64,000 nt of DNA from Rhynchobatus australiae (GCA_034780895.1 JAUZTB010000068.1:21277964-21341963), one strand, 5' to 3'. Positions 37,889 to 51,679 are shown, counted from the stretch's first letter. Translations and numbers: made by a program. The notes: generated by a model not told the origin, from the sequence alone.

Positions 37889-40642
37889 CTGTGAACCGAA
37901 CAAATAAATGATTATATGGATGTTTAAAATTTAGAATTTTGGTGAAATGCTGCCAAATGCTATTTACAATAGCACACACCTGTTTATTCTTTTCNNNNNN
38001 NNNNNNNNNNNNNNNNNNNNNNNNNNNNNNNNNNNNNNNNNNNNNNNNNNNNNNNNNNNNNNNNNNNNNNNNNNNNNNNNNNNNNNNNNNNNNNNNNNNN
38101 NNNNNNNNNNNNNNNNNNNNNNNNNNNNNNNNNNNNNNNNNNNNNNNNNNNNNNNNNNNAATTAGATCCCTAATCTTCAACATTCAAGCAGGTCTCTGCA
38201 ATGACTCCAGGCATTAGCATACTTTCCAAAGCACAATGGCCCGATGTGAACACAATACTCTAGCTGAGACCCAACCAAATTAACTTTCTAATTCTATTTC
38301 TAACAAGAATCCTATTAGTTTTTAAACAGCCTTATCAATCTGTCCATCCATTCGGATACCACATTCACCACTCAACCATGTCCCCAAGACCCTCGTGATC
38401 TGAGCAACGAAATGGTTAATTGATGGAAGCAGAAATCCAATTCACATCTTGGTCTGAGAATGAGAAGGACATATTCAAAAATCAATTGAAGTGTTTGCTA
38501 GAAAGGAGAGATTTCAAAACATCCAACAGTATAAACTTCTTTGATGAAGCCTTTGATGCTGCCAATTTACATATCACCAATCATCCACATGAACAAAATA
38601 CTATGTGTATTTCCAGGCTCTTAATGCAGATATTTATGACTGAATGATAATTGTCCACTTCAAGTTAATTAGAGTGCCTTGAGATGGGCAAGGCAGCTAC
38701 CATCATGAAAATATGACAGGGCAAATGCAGGGCAACTAACTGCATGGGTGCCTTAAGTGCCACAACAATGTCATTAACTTCAACAAGACCAGCTTTGTGG
38801 AATAAGATGCAACAAACCTAATGACGAATCTGAATTTAGTGATGGACGAAGCAAAAATATCTTAAAGCAGAGGAGTAATTTGAATCTGCGTTTGACAACC
38901 AACTTTACCCTGGAAAGTATTTGTTGAAACGGGTTGGGTGCAAACCAAGCAGGAGAGTCGTACACAGACAGATGGAAGTGGCTGAACTTGTCCAAGCTTG
39001 ACACTTGTAGACGCCACATTGCCTGCCCACCCACACCTGGTCTCGATGTTGGGGGCAGATCTTACAGACCTTCTATATCTGGGGGTTTGGTGACAAGGCT
39101 TATGGAGACCTCAGAGGTGTGCAGGCCTCAGGAAGGATGGCCCCAAGACCCTATGAGTCGAAAGTCCTGATAGCCTACGACAGGAGCCAAAGCTAAACTT
39201 GGGCTTCATCTCCGATTGAAGATAATCAAAGTGTATACTCCCTCTTGTGCTACTGTTAAAGATCCCAACTAAAATGATCTACTTTGACCACTCTTCACTG
39301 AACTGAGAAATCTCATATCAATGCAGTGGGGGATTGCTTCTGATCTTGCACTGAGCTACATTGATGATCAAGAAGTGAGCTTTACTCTGAACCAACACGT
39401 GCTGTCCTTGAACAGGGAATGTTCAATGCTAATGAAGCTTGCTCTGAATAGAGAAATATAAAAGGCGACAAAAAATTATTTTTCAAGTTACATGGTTGGC
39501 ATGTAGAGGTCACTAAATAAAAGTTAAAAACAAATTAGCTTTCAAAACAATGCCATAGTGTAACAGTATTGTTTAACAGTAGGAGGTCCAACAAGAACAC
39601 TAATTTATTCAAAAGCTCAGATTTTGCTTGGGTCTTGCCAGCAGTCCCAGGATGCCAGCCAGTTTGGGACTCCCATGCAAACACATGTCAAGCTCCATTA
39701 GCATTTTCCCAGCTGCGCTTCATTGCTGCACTCTGCTCCAGGAGTTCAAAAGTGGAGCACAAGCTTGCTGAGATTCTCCAGCTTGGAAACCTACTTTCAG
39801 GTCCAGCATCAGGTTAGACCTGGTATGGGGTTTGCAAGCCTATTTTTTTTAAAATCAGGGATTTTACACCTAAGAGGAAGGAAGACTAAGGTATTCTTTT
39901 TTTAAATTATGTGTATTTGCATTAATTATTTAAAAGAACTTTTAGAAGTTTTTAGGTGATTTAAAAAAATGTAATTACTTTAATAATATTTTTAATTGCT
40001 ATTTTTGATGCTTTTTTTTTAAGAAACTATTTCTCAAGGTCAGGGACATACAGAAGTGTTGAAAGCCTTTACAACTTTGATGTCAGTGATGATTTAGCAG
40101 AAATAATCCTTGGGTGGAGCTTGTTCTGCCCACCATTGTGTACGTGTTTCTGTTATGCCATTTCAGCCTCATCACTTGGCTCAGAACATTCTTGGCCAAC
40201 AAGATGACCTTTTTGGATTTGGACAAAGTATGCAGTATCAGCTGTGTTCAATAGTGAACGTACGTGGTTGGCCGGAGTCAGGAAAATCCTTACCATTTAT
40301 GATCTATTCTACGTTTGATTTCTCCAAAGCAAATNNNNNNNNNNNNNNNNNNNNNNNNNNNNNNNNNNNNNNNNNNNNNNNNNNNNNNNNNNNNNNNNNN
40401 NNNNNNNNAGAGATTGAAGATGCTTAGAACACCTGAGAATGGTTACTGTTCTTTACCAGTATTATTTAGCTGAACTAAACTGTCCAGAGGTTCTCACAGT
40501 TCCTCTAACATGACTTAAAACTTACAGAATTTTATCAGTCTAGCTATATGCATACAAATTTACTGAGAAGCATAGCTGGAATTTTCAAATACGATGCAAG
40601 CCTTTAAATGCCATTATAATAAGAAAATAAATTATGTCATAC

Positions 40643-40959
40643 TTTGGAATGAAGCATGCTATAACGATTGTTGGCATCTTCTAACTTCTCCTTCACTAGT
40701 GTGCTGGTAACAGAGGGATCGATAGGGGCCTTAACATCTTCATTTGCATTAGCTTCAGCAAAGGCATCTGCAGCATCCAAGACCTTTTGCCCAGAGATTG
40801 TGATATATCTTAGATCCCCTTTGTGAGAAATAACATCTTCAGAGAAACACTTCTGTTTCTGCAGCTTGACTTGCAATGAATTGGAGTCTATTTCACCAGC
40901 TTTTATCTCTTCTAGTTCATACTCAGACTGAATTAGCCAAGCCTCAAATTCACCATGAT
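40643..40959 (-). CDS. MACF1: MACF1 exon, 317 nt (DHGEFEAWL...MLHSK)
   Basis: Phase 1-0, donor AAA|GTATGA; FSEDVISHKGDLRYITISGQKVLD is a spectraplakin signature. Confidence 0.95.
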
Positions 40960-41209
40960 CTATTTAAAAAAAAATTAGATGGTTATCAAATAACAAAGAT
41001 GATTATTATATGTTTTAGAGCATTCAAAATGATCAGAAAATGTCCCAAGTTATTTAGACTTTACTCAGTAACAATTACTAGAACTAATCTCCAGATCATG
41101 TTATTCCAAACCATACGCAGCTTTGTGTCATTTTACTTATAATTCTTTTCAGTTCTCAGTAAACAGACTTGTATTGAAATTTGGAAAACAAATCATTTCT
41201 TTCAATTAC

Positions 41210-41438
41210 CTTTTAGAAACTTTTGGAGTTCTTCCTGTAGGGCGTGAACATGTTTCAGCTGAGTGTCTGCATGTAACAGTGCTGTCTCATACTGCTCCTT
41301 CAAATCATTCAGATTACTCTGCAGTTGTTTTTTCTCTTCTGGCAAAAGATTATGGCCATGTTTGTCCAGAAAGGACTGAGCTGACTGTGTCGCTAACACA
41401 AAAGCTTGCTGTTGCGATAACAACATTTCATGATGTTC
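41210..41438 (-). CDS. MACF1: MACF1 exon, 229 nt (EHHEMLLSQQQ...LQKFLK)
   Basis: TTTTTTAG acceptor, G|GTAATT donor, phase 0-1; LATQSAQSFLDKHGHNL matches MACF1. Confidence 0.93.
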
Positions 41439-42254
41439 CTAAAAAACAAAAAGGCAATGCGTACTAAGTTCATTTTCATTGTTCTAAGTTGGTCTTGAGG
41501 ATTTAAGATTTCTATTTAGCACAAGTGCAATTGAAATAAGTTACATACAAAAAAAACATTAGAGCTACATCGCAGATTTGCTTTATGTCTTGAACCTTAA
41601 ATAGTATCATCATATCAGACACCCAATCAATTATTTTTTTATATATCACAAATCAGCTTGTGAAGGCAAATTATTTAAAATTAAAGCTTTGGGATCCTTT
41701 TATTTGTAAAATAATGAGTAATGTTGAGAATGCATGTATAACTAGAATATATCACATTTTTAACTAACAATAAATTAAACTGCCTGCTCCTAATGTTTAT
41801 ATACATTTCCTTCCTTCTCAAATAAACAGACTTAGCTTTATTTAAACTTTAGGTTATTAAACACTTACCATTAGAACTTCAAAGTATCTCATTCTTATCT
41901 TTGCATTTCAGGATTTAATATTCTTTCATGATGTACACACTAACACATTAAAAAAACCCAACCATGGCTGACTTCATTGTTTTTTTATCCTTACCATTTT
42001 ATTTAATGTTCTTTGGTATTTTCTAGACTTTATTCAAGTGGCATTATTCCAGATGTACACAGAAGAATAATCTGTGTACATTTTAAGAAGTGCTTTACTA
42101 AAGAAAGTTAAAGCCAATTGGCAAATGCTTAATATTCCTTGCCCAATTTCCCTCCACTATGAAAACATAACTTGAGCGCTACAGTTTACAGAATGACAAA
42201 AGTGAAAATTAAGTAAAAGCTGTGGTGAAAGTATTCTACATGATTGTTATTTAT

Positions 42255-43330
42255 GGATTCATTTTTCAAGATGCAGGTGTCACTGACAAGGCCTAAATGC
42301 CCTCAAGGTCATTCTGAGGCACTTTCTTGAACTGCTGTCGTCCTTCTGGTGAAGATCCTCCTATACAGCTGTTAGGTTAGGAGTTCTGGGGTTTAGACCC
42401 TGCAATGGTGAATGAATGGTAATTCGTCTCCCAGTTGGAATGGAGTGCAACTCAGAGGGGAAGCAGAGGGTAGTAGTGTTCCCATGCATCTCCTTCTCAA
42501 TGACAGAGGAGGTCACTCGTTTTGGAGTTGTCTGGATGCAGTTCATTCTGTTGACAGCATACACACAATCTCAGCACAATGTTGGTGGAGAGAATCAACG
42601 CTTAGGATGGTGTATGGATGCCAATCAAGCCAGCTGCTTTGCACCCCTGTTCAGGTCCTTGGGCATTTCTGGGCGAAGATGATTTCTGTAATAGTGTCAG
42701 GAGGAAGTCAAGGTGGATCACCCACATAGCACTGCTGGCTGAACATGGTTGCAAATGTTTTAACCTCGACTTTGGTTTTCAAAAGCTGGGACCTGCCACT
42801 CTTAAGAATGGGGATATTCTTGGTGCCTTTTTCTCCTGTTAACTGTCAACCACCTTTCGTGACTTAACCGACAGCACTGCAGAGTTCAAATTTCACGTGT
42901 TGTTTGCGTTATCTCTTAATTCTGTCTATTGAATGCTGTTCAGATGCACTTTGTCCTGTGTTGTAACATCACCAGATTGGCACCCCATTTATAGGTGAAC
43001 CTATTGTTCTGTCGTGCATGTCTACATTCCTTATTAAACCAGGGTTGATTCCTTGGCTTGGTTGTGATGGCAGAGCTCATGATGAGAGGTGGCACCTTCC
43101 TGCTGCTGCTGCTAATGGTCCTTTGCACTTCTTGGCTACTCAGTTTTAAGCCATCAGATTGGTCCTGATTCCATTCCATTTAGCACCGTGGTGGTACCAT
43201 GCAGCAGGATAGGAGCCCTTGGAGTGAAATAGGACTCCATTTCCACTGTGAAGGTAGCTTCTTCTTCTGCTGTCAGAAACAGATACATCTGCAACTGGTA
43301 GATCGTTATGGGTAGGTCGAGTAGGTTTCC
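42255..43330 (-). mobile_element. CR1/L2-group LINE fragments (same family as 32110)
   Basis: TTCTTGAACTGCTG, GTGTTCCCATGCATC, GCCAATCAAG; the minus frame gives KPRNQPWFNKECR, a typical post-endonuclease PWF motif. Confidence 0.65.
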
Positions 43331-43864
43331 TCATGAGATGTTCCAAACCAGTTCATAGACCTTCATGAGGAGGACTTTGCAAGGTTGAGTGGATAAGCAG
43401 TGACTTTGCCATGTTAGAATTCATTGCAGAGATTTGTTTTCTGTTCTAAAATGGCAGTTGTGAATAGCTTGCAAGGCTAATCAAAGGGCTATTAAGAGGT
43501 AATCACATTTTGGAGGGTCTGGGGTCACCAAATTGGGAAAGGATATCTTTCTTTCCCTGAAGAACATCAATGCCCAGATTTTGTAATGATACATTATTAC
43601 TAAGATTAGTCTTTTTAAAATAGAAAAGCTGCCATGGTGAGATTTGAACTGATGTCTCTGGATTGTTAGTCCAGGTCCCCTGAGCAGACTGTAGCACTTA
43701 GTTATAAATGTGGTTTAGGAGGATCTACAAGGTCTTTGAATATGATTGGGACAAGGCAATCAAAGGTCAATTAAAATTCAACTTAAGCTTAATTAGAACT
43801 TAAATTGGTCATGATATTGATAGAAAGATATAACTCTTCACGTCAGTGACATTTCACCAGATCT

Positions 43865-44660
43865 GTTCTGCTCAGGAGTTCTGATGAAAAGTCCATTCTG
43901 AAATATTAATAGTTTATCTCTACAGATACTGCTCAACCTGCTGATTATTTTAGAAATATACCTTTTGCAGTATCTTGGTTTTGTCACATAATAAATTGTT
44001 TAATTAGAATGGAGCTGATTAGGCAGCTAGGAGAGGAACAGAAATTTACAGCTAACAAAATCAGAAAATACTGGAAATATTCAGACATAATCTGTGGAGA
44101 GAGAAGCAGAGCTACTTCTTAATTACTTTTATCAGAACTTTTATCAGGGAAAGGGTTTTAAGATGCAGGCTGATTTATGTCCTTATTCTCCAAACCTGTT
44201 CAATGCAAGCTCAATGATGAGAACCTCAGCTTCCAACCACCCACATTACAGCCATATTCACCATGTTTGACAGTTTCGGATGGTCAGAAGGCTCACCATT
44301 TTTATTTTGGATTTCCAACATTCAAGCTATTTCCAACTAATAATTTGCCCTTTCCCAGGTACGCCTCCTTCAGACTTGCCTTCAATTTGTTCTCTCATTA
44401 CCTTCCTCTGCCTTGCATCAATGCATTTTCCTGCTTTTTAATCTTTCCAGCTATCCATCCTTATCACACACCTCCCCTTTTGTTTGCTCCTCCCATCCCC
44501 CTCTATTTCTGCATCTTAAATTTCATCCATCACTGACTTCTCCCAATTTTGATGAAAGGATGACAACTTGAAATATTAATTTTGTTTTTCCCTGCAAAGA
44601 CCCGTTGAATACTTTGTTTTTCTTTTGGATTTCCAACAGCATTTTGCTTTCACAGTAAAA
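43865..44660. mobile_element. Cluster of decayed Penelope-like pseudo-LTR copies in alternating orientation
   Basis: Plus copies at about 43875 (CTGATGAAAAG...GAAATATTAA) and 44190-44650; minus copy at about 44055-44170. Confidence 0.55.
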
Positions 44661-45082
44661 ATGACAGTATATTAAACAAAACAAATTTAGTAAGCAAATT
44701 ATTGCAAAAGGTTAGAAACATGAAATAGAAATAGAAAATTCTGGAAACAGAGATGGTGCCTGACCTGCTACATGTTTCCAAAATTTTCAGACGTTTACCA
44801 ACATTGATTTCTTGCATCTAAGCAGATAATGTACAGAAGTTCTCTTTAAGCTGTAACGTTATTTCTATTTGACATTCAGGTCAAAACAACAGAGCAGAGA
44901 TTTTCTTTTATTCATTATTGCAATTGTTCAAACATGCACGTGTACAAAAATCTCTGGGAGTGTTCATACCTTCAGTGCCTGTNNNNNNNNNNNNNNNNNN
45001 NNNNNNNNNNNNNNNNNNNNNNNNNNNNNNNNNNNNNNNNNNNNNNNNNNNNNNNNNNNNNNNNNNNNNNNNNNNNNNNNNN

Positions 45083-45346
45083 CTTCAGTGCCTGTTGCTG
45101 CTGGTTCAGGTTTCCACCCATTCCAGCTAGTGTATCCCTTACATCATTCTGGTCTTGCAGCTGTAAACCATTTCCTAATGCATCAATTTCATCTTCATTG
45201 ATGCAAACTCCACGCTTTGCATTTGGTTCCTCCCGAGGCCGTGCATGATGAGAATACGATGCTGTCTGCTGTCCCAGGGCTGACAGCCACTCCAAAAGAC
45301 CATCTATTTTTACCTTATTTTCTTCAAGTTCCTCTTCTGCTTTGGC
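45083..45346 (-). CDS. MACF1: MACF1 exon, 264 nt (AKAEEELEENK...QALK); its donor lies across a false gap
   Basis: TATAG acceptor; peptide KIDGLLEWL. The exon end CTTCAGTGCCTGT is duplicated at 44970-44982, where AAG|GTATGA supplies the donor. Confidence 0.85.
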
Positions 45347-46809
45347 CTATAATCACAAAATTCTGTTAGCTTGAAGATATTATGAAGTTTTCATAGAAGC
45401 TCTGATGTTTTACAAAATTTCAGTGGCATTTAAACATTCTCTCATGTTCTTGGGCAAACCCTTGGGATTGAGGTCGACTCTCAGTCAGATGAGTGGAAGG
45501 TTCCCATGCATAAATTCTGTGATGATTGCACACCATTTCAATTAAACATACATATGGATAAATACATGGTCTTGCCCACAGTCATGGTCCAGTGGGAAGG
45601 AGGTTGAAAATACTGAAGACCGGGTTCTGCTGAACAGATAGGTACACTGACACTCTTTAACCAAACACACACAGATAAATATATGATCTTACCCACTCCC
45701 TCTTCCTCAGCTTCCTCCCATTGTTTCTCCCTGCCCTGGCTTTCTCCATTGCTTTCTTGATCCACTTTCTTGTTAGCTCCCTCCAGCTGAACTCACCTTT
45801 CCTCTTAGCCCCTTGCTTTCCATCTTCATTTCCCCGTGCTCTCCCCCACAGCCTCCAAATCTCCACCTCCTGGTCAACTACTCTCTCCTCGTGTGAGGTC
45901 ACTTCCACTGCCACCACTCACACTCTTCAGGTTTGCTGTGTCATTGCCAATCACTCATCCATCACCAACAATGTCACCCCCACCCTCAGTTACACAAAGC
46001 CTGTGGCCTAGCTTATACCTTGTGAATCTCTCCCAGAAAACTTAAAATTTTCAGTCACATGCCTTATGCTCTGTACTTCAATGATAGCTTCATTGCTCAG
46101 GATCCCATTGCACAGCAGCTATTTCCACTACTCTGCCTCATACTCTTCAGCCAATTAAAGGCCAAACCCAACTCCAGTTCCGCAACCCACCACCAATGCT
46201 CACATTGCTACACGTGCCACAAGGCCCATCTGCATCTTTACTACTTCAAAAGCTAACAAATGCAGGAAAATTATTTTAGAACAATTACAATAACAAAACT
46301 TTTATGTTCTTATCCACTGTACTTTGACTGGGACCCGTTTTTCATATGTGTGGATTACTATTTCTAAACTTGGCATTTGCATTATCAAACTGCGATTTTC
46401 TATGCAGCTATAAAAACTGGGAAACAATAATGATCCAAGTATTAAATTGCTGCTATTTCACCTCTATTCTTTAAAACTGTTGAGCATGGTTTGTCAATAT
46501 AAAAAGACTATTGCAGTACAGTACACCCACATGTTATGCAGGATTTGTATTCCCAGAAAACCATCCATGTCACGATTTTCCGTATTGCAAGCATTTGACA
46601 AAATTTGTTGTTTCTTAGTATTGTGTCTATTTAGTTATTTTTTTCCTCACATAAATTCCATGAAGTGTGAATTTTTATTCCATTTCTCAAATATTTTGGT
46701 CATGATTTATGAATTCCATAAAGGCGAATTTCAGTTACCTGAACTGCCATAATGTGGGATACACTGTACTGACTTTCAACACTTCTACAGATTTTCTCTT
46801 GGGTATTAC

Positions 46810-47043
46810 CTTTTCAGATTCTTGCTGGACAGCTTTTGTTAAGGCACTGTCTACTTGTTTCTGGAGTTTCTCAGCACTTTGACTCAAGACTTTGTGCTGA
46901 GCCTTGACTTCCAATAGCTTTGTTTCAACTTTTGCCAATTCTTCAGTATCCAGTTTTCCCTGGTTCTCCTCCAGTAAATGTTCTGTGGCTTTGATCACAT
47001 CCTCTATAACAGCAGCGCGTGAATGCATGTCTTTTTGTAATGC
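46810..47043 (-). CDS. MACF1: MACF1 exon, 234 nt (ALQKDMH...QQESEK)
   Basis: CTCTTAG acceptor, AAG|GTAATA donor, phase 0-0. Confidence 0.9.
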
Positions 47044-49419
47044 CTAAGAGGGAACATAACAGCAAATCAATTTAATTGATTTTCTGTGAGAAAAGAAACA
47101 TAAAATAAAATTAAACTGACAATATATCTTTTACATATGTGTACTTCCTNNNNNNNNNNTGTACCCTTGTTTTGGGCACACTTTTTTTTTTGAAAAAGCA
47201 AAAGATCATTCCCAAAATTCTAAAGGATTTTACCCAAGTAAACTTGCCGCATTCTGTTCTGGTCACTGAGTCACTGCATGTCGGACCTGGTAAAGTCTTA
47301 GACTAACTGCCTGCCAATCTTTTTCTCTGGAGGAAAATTCAACACATTCTTAGATATTTTAGTTTACTTCCCCACCCACCCCACCACCCGTTATTAAGGA
47401 ANNNNNNNNNNNNNNNNNNNNNNNNNNNNNNNNNNNNNNNNNNNTAAAGTGCTCAGATACAAATATATGTTGATTACTGAAGTTAAATCACTGGTCTCTG
47501 ACACAGCAGAATTTCCCTCAGGACGTGTCTGTTGTGATGTCATCAATCAATAAGATCCCATTGAATTTTGCACGGACAACTTTTTTTTTAGTACCAAGGT
47601 TATCCAGTTCATACCACTGTACAGTTGAGAAGTAGTTGATATTTGTGTCAGTGACAAAAGCAGTTCATAGTCAACCCTCTGCTATTTCTTTCGTATCATA
47701 TAGAGTGGACCCAGCTGTCAATTCTGAAAACTCAAAGATATTCATAATTGCTATTATGTGTTGAAGAAAGCAACTACAAGCAGTTTGAGATATGGAAAAT
47801 ATTTTACATGATATTAGCTATGCTTCTGCTAAATACCTCAATGACACTTGTAATAGTACTGAATTTCATTTAAACTATAAAACTGGAGATCTAAAAAAAG
47901 TGTTTTAAGAATAGAGTTTAAGTGAATTGAGTCCCAAAAGTGACGGTTCATCTCATAAAAATGGATTTAGAGAAAAGACAAAATACAGGCTTTATTGCAC
48001 AGAAACTTAAAAATTCTTGTGCTGAAAAATTATTATCTTTGCTTCATCTGAAGATTTTACACATGCATTGATGCACGTATAAGTTACAAAGGACATGTAG
48101 GATTATTTTACTGTTGTAGAACAGCTGAATGATAATTTTGATATTGATGCTTATGTGTGCATATTTGTAAATAAATTTTAAGAACAGATGATAGTCTAAT
48201 TTCTCAACTAGACCTTCTCCAACGTACATGGAAAACACACTGCCACTTCCATACCATCATCTTTTTATCTTGCAACATTTTCACAACACAGAAGTGGACC
48301 ACTAACCTCAATGCCGCGTTCTTCATGAACTTCCTCTGTCCATAAAGCCCTCCTCTTGCTTCCACAAGTGTTTAGTATAACTCTCCCTTAAATGTATCAA
48401 TGCCAGTTAACTTCCGCGCAACCGACAGCAGTTTATCCAATTTGTGGATCAACTGTGTCACCTAATCCCAGTTCCTACATGTCATTGCCCCAGTCCCGAC
48501 GCTCTGATCATCCTTCCAGTTTCTCACCCAGCTGGAATCCCAGGGTGGGACTGCTACTATCCCGGCTGGAGACTGGTGCGCAGCTGCTGTTCCAGCTGAA
48601 GCATATTTAGATATAGTATTTACTTAGCTACTGATCTACCCTCAGTTGAAGAATCTCCACGTCATTTTCCATAAATAATAAATATCAAGTATTGTGCAAC
48701 AAGTTTCATGTCTTTTAATGTGTTTTGCACCATCTGTGTTTATGCATTTTTAAGGAGCTGCTCCATTTCATTATCCTGGAGTCAAGAGTTAATTATCCTG
48801 GAGCTAATCGAGAGTCAAGTGTACTCCTCATCATAGCAAGTTCTACATTCTAATCACCCTCATAGGTATATTACTTTATTTGCATTTTTCCACTTCAATT
48901 CATTACTACTATATTTATAAACCCCAATTTTCAGAGCTAGAAATTATCCTTAAACTTGGTTTATTTTTTTCTAATGACATTGGTCCACCATTATGACAAC
49001 TTCNNNNNNNNNNNNNNNNNNNNNNNNNNNNNNNNNNNNNNNNNNNNNNNNNNNNNNNNNNNNNNNNNNNNNNNNNNNNNNNNNNNNNNNNNNNNNNNNN
49101 NNNTTCTCATGACATTGGTCCACCATTCTGACAACTTCACATCAATCCAGAAATCCCCATTTCAATATTTAAGCCTGGCTTTAAGTCCAGGCCCAGATTC
49201 TTTGCAGGTGTTGGTGGCTGGGGATTCTGGGGGGCGAAAGGGTGTAGGAGGGAGGTGGAAGTGCAAGTGGAGGTTGCCTTACAAGGTTGCAGGAAGAGTT
49301 TACAAAAGTAGTTAAACAGAGAGACTATGGAGTTGTCATAAACCCTGAATGGGTGGGCAGCAAGTAGAGTCCCACCAGAAAGATTGGGGGCCATAACATC
49401 AAAAGATAGTTATAGGAAG

Positions 49420-49690
49420 AGACTGCAGATGCTGGAATCCAGAGGAAAAGCAAACTGCTGGAAGAACTCAGCCTGTCAGGCAGCATCTGTGGAGGGAAAT
49501 GGATGGTCAATGTTTCAGGTCAAGAATGCCCAGATGAATGGATATTGGGCACACTCAGCAGCTGAGTGAGCAACAGAGTTAAATCCTTACATTAATGAAC
49601 TTTTATCAGAACAGCTAATGCCTGATCTGCTGAATATCCAGAATTTTCTATCTTTATTTCAGACCTCCAGCATTTGCAGTTTTCCAACTA
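49420..49690. mobile_element. Penelope-like pseudo-LTR fragments, minus then plus
   Basis: GACTGCAGATGCTGGAATC...GAACTCAG...GGCAGCATCTGTGGAGGGAAATGG is the reverse complement of 59950-60040; a plus copy ends CTCCAGCATTTGCAGT. Confidence 0.65.
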
Positions 49691-50327
49691 CCTTTAAATC
49701 CTAATCCCCAACATTTTCTGTTTCTTTTTTTAGGAATTAAAGGGACTCACTGAGACTGGCAAAATGTGGGCAGTGATGTTCCAAAGGAAGGGATGCTGGG
49801 AATCACTGTTCACTATTTTAGACTAAGGATCAACTGGTCATCATAATTTCAGGGTCATCTTGCAATCCAGTTCACAGCTTGTCTGTAATTACACAGATCT
49901 TTCAGAAATCTTAAACTATTACAGTACCCTTATGACTGATATACAGTAAAGTTGGTCAAGAACTTCCTTTTTAAAATCTGTGCTGACTACTTAATTATAT
50001 TTTCAGTTTATATTTTCTTATTGTTGATTTTCACATAAAAATTTACTTATCTTTTTCACTGTGAATGTTATGCTAAATGGTCTGTAGGATCCTTGGGCTC
50101 ATACTGACTACCTGTATAAATCGAGGAATTACTTGAACCATCCCCAGATGCCAGTGCTGAAGACTGTGCTTGTTAAGCAAAATGAATTCTATATTTGCTA
50201 TTATCTTTCAAAAGACAAGAGAATTTCCCTTTGGTTTTGTCCCTTTCACATTTTAAATCTGATGTTGGAAAAATGGATTGAGTTAATGCAAAAGATGCTC
50301 TTTGATTATAAAATTGCCATCACTAAC

Positions 50328-50477
50328 CTGAATCGCATTCTGTTGCTCTTGAAGAGCTGGAAGGTCACACTCACTAACTGCCACCTGGTGATTGGCTACC
50401 ATGTTAGCTGTCTGAGTCAGCCACGTACCAAGCTCATCCAGCTTTTGCTTGCATTCCTCCTGTTGTTCCTGTCGCGT
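50328..50477 (-). CDS. MACF1: MACF1 exon, 150 nt (TRQEQQEE...QNAIQ)
   Basis: TTTCTTTACAG acceptor, CAG|GTTAGT donor, spectrin helix-A motif LGTWL, phase 0-0. Confidence 0.88.
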
Positions 50478-51679
50478 CTGTAAAGAAACAAAAATGTACA
50501 TTCCCCATTTCCATCTGTGTGTTGCTAATNNNNNNNNNNNNNNNNNNNNNNNNNNNNNNNNNNNGTCTATAGAACACCTTCGGCTGGGGGTGGACACAAT
50601 AGATATATGCAGATTTTTGATGCAAGCCAATAAAATTTTCAACATTACTTGAGCGAACTCAATAAGGACCATCATGAACATGTATTTGTACAAATGGTCT
50701 ACAAATCATCAAAATTTCCAGTTCCAGCACGTTTGGAATCAAATATCATTAGGAATTGATTTGGAATATTTAAGATTTTGAAAGCTGTACTTGAAAACTA
50801 ATAATCTGTGATCTACAAAACTAGATGGATGGAAACGGGTCGATTACATTTTAATGCATTTGATTTCATGACAGATGAAAAAAATCAATAGGTGTTGTTG
50901 CCAATTAAAAATTTATGTACTGTGACATGTAGATAAAAAGCTTGCACTACCCATTCAGATATCTGTGAAGAACATTTGGTTGAGGCAATTTTCAAAGAGT
51001 TGCTTGAAAGTAAACAGCAGTCACAAGCAATATGTTCCCATCTCCAGCCCTTAGATGCACTACAGATACCACATTATGAATTAGTACAATTGAGCAAGAT
51101 GTGTCACAAATACACAGGGAAGCCACTGTGTGGAGACTAGGAGACTTCACAAATATACGTTTTAGAAGCAGCAAAGTATCAGTTGTTATTGAACGACAAT
51201 GACAAGAACTATTAGCATGTGGTCTTGTAGTTAAAAACCACAATTAACACTTCAATGACCATTTTCAGATCCACTGCAAAGCATTATCTTCATTATGTGA
51301 GCCATGGCGGTTAACGGAACAAAAGTATCTGGAAAAAGCAAGGCAAAACAGGTTACAAGATTGACCCAATGAACATTGGTTAGAGGGTTACTGAAAGCAT
51401 TGCAGCTGAACAAAAGACACACAAATAATCCACACAGTCTGCTTAGGTATCACACTTATATACAATACACACTCTGGTTCAAATTCCATGGAATTTCTTC
51501 TAAGTACTTGGATTTTGCACTGTTTTACCTAGTTCACATTAAACCTTACTAAAAATCAGCTGGAGTACTACCAACCAATATTTCTATCACCTGAATATAG
51601 TTGAGCACATTTGCTCTCAAAGAGCCAATTGATCCCAGATTATTTCTAAATTAATTCAATTATTATACAAATCTATTTA

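Noticed and set aside
36922-38217. Long ORFs spanning N runs (also at 12, 14.6, 45, 54.8 and 57.3 kb)
   Set aside because: Their length comes from untranslatable N bases.
42053-42081. Hairpin ATGTACACAGA/TCTGTGTACAT
   Set aside because: A single short stem with no other supporting feature; too small for a pre-miRNA.
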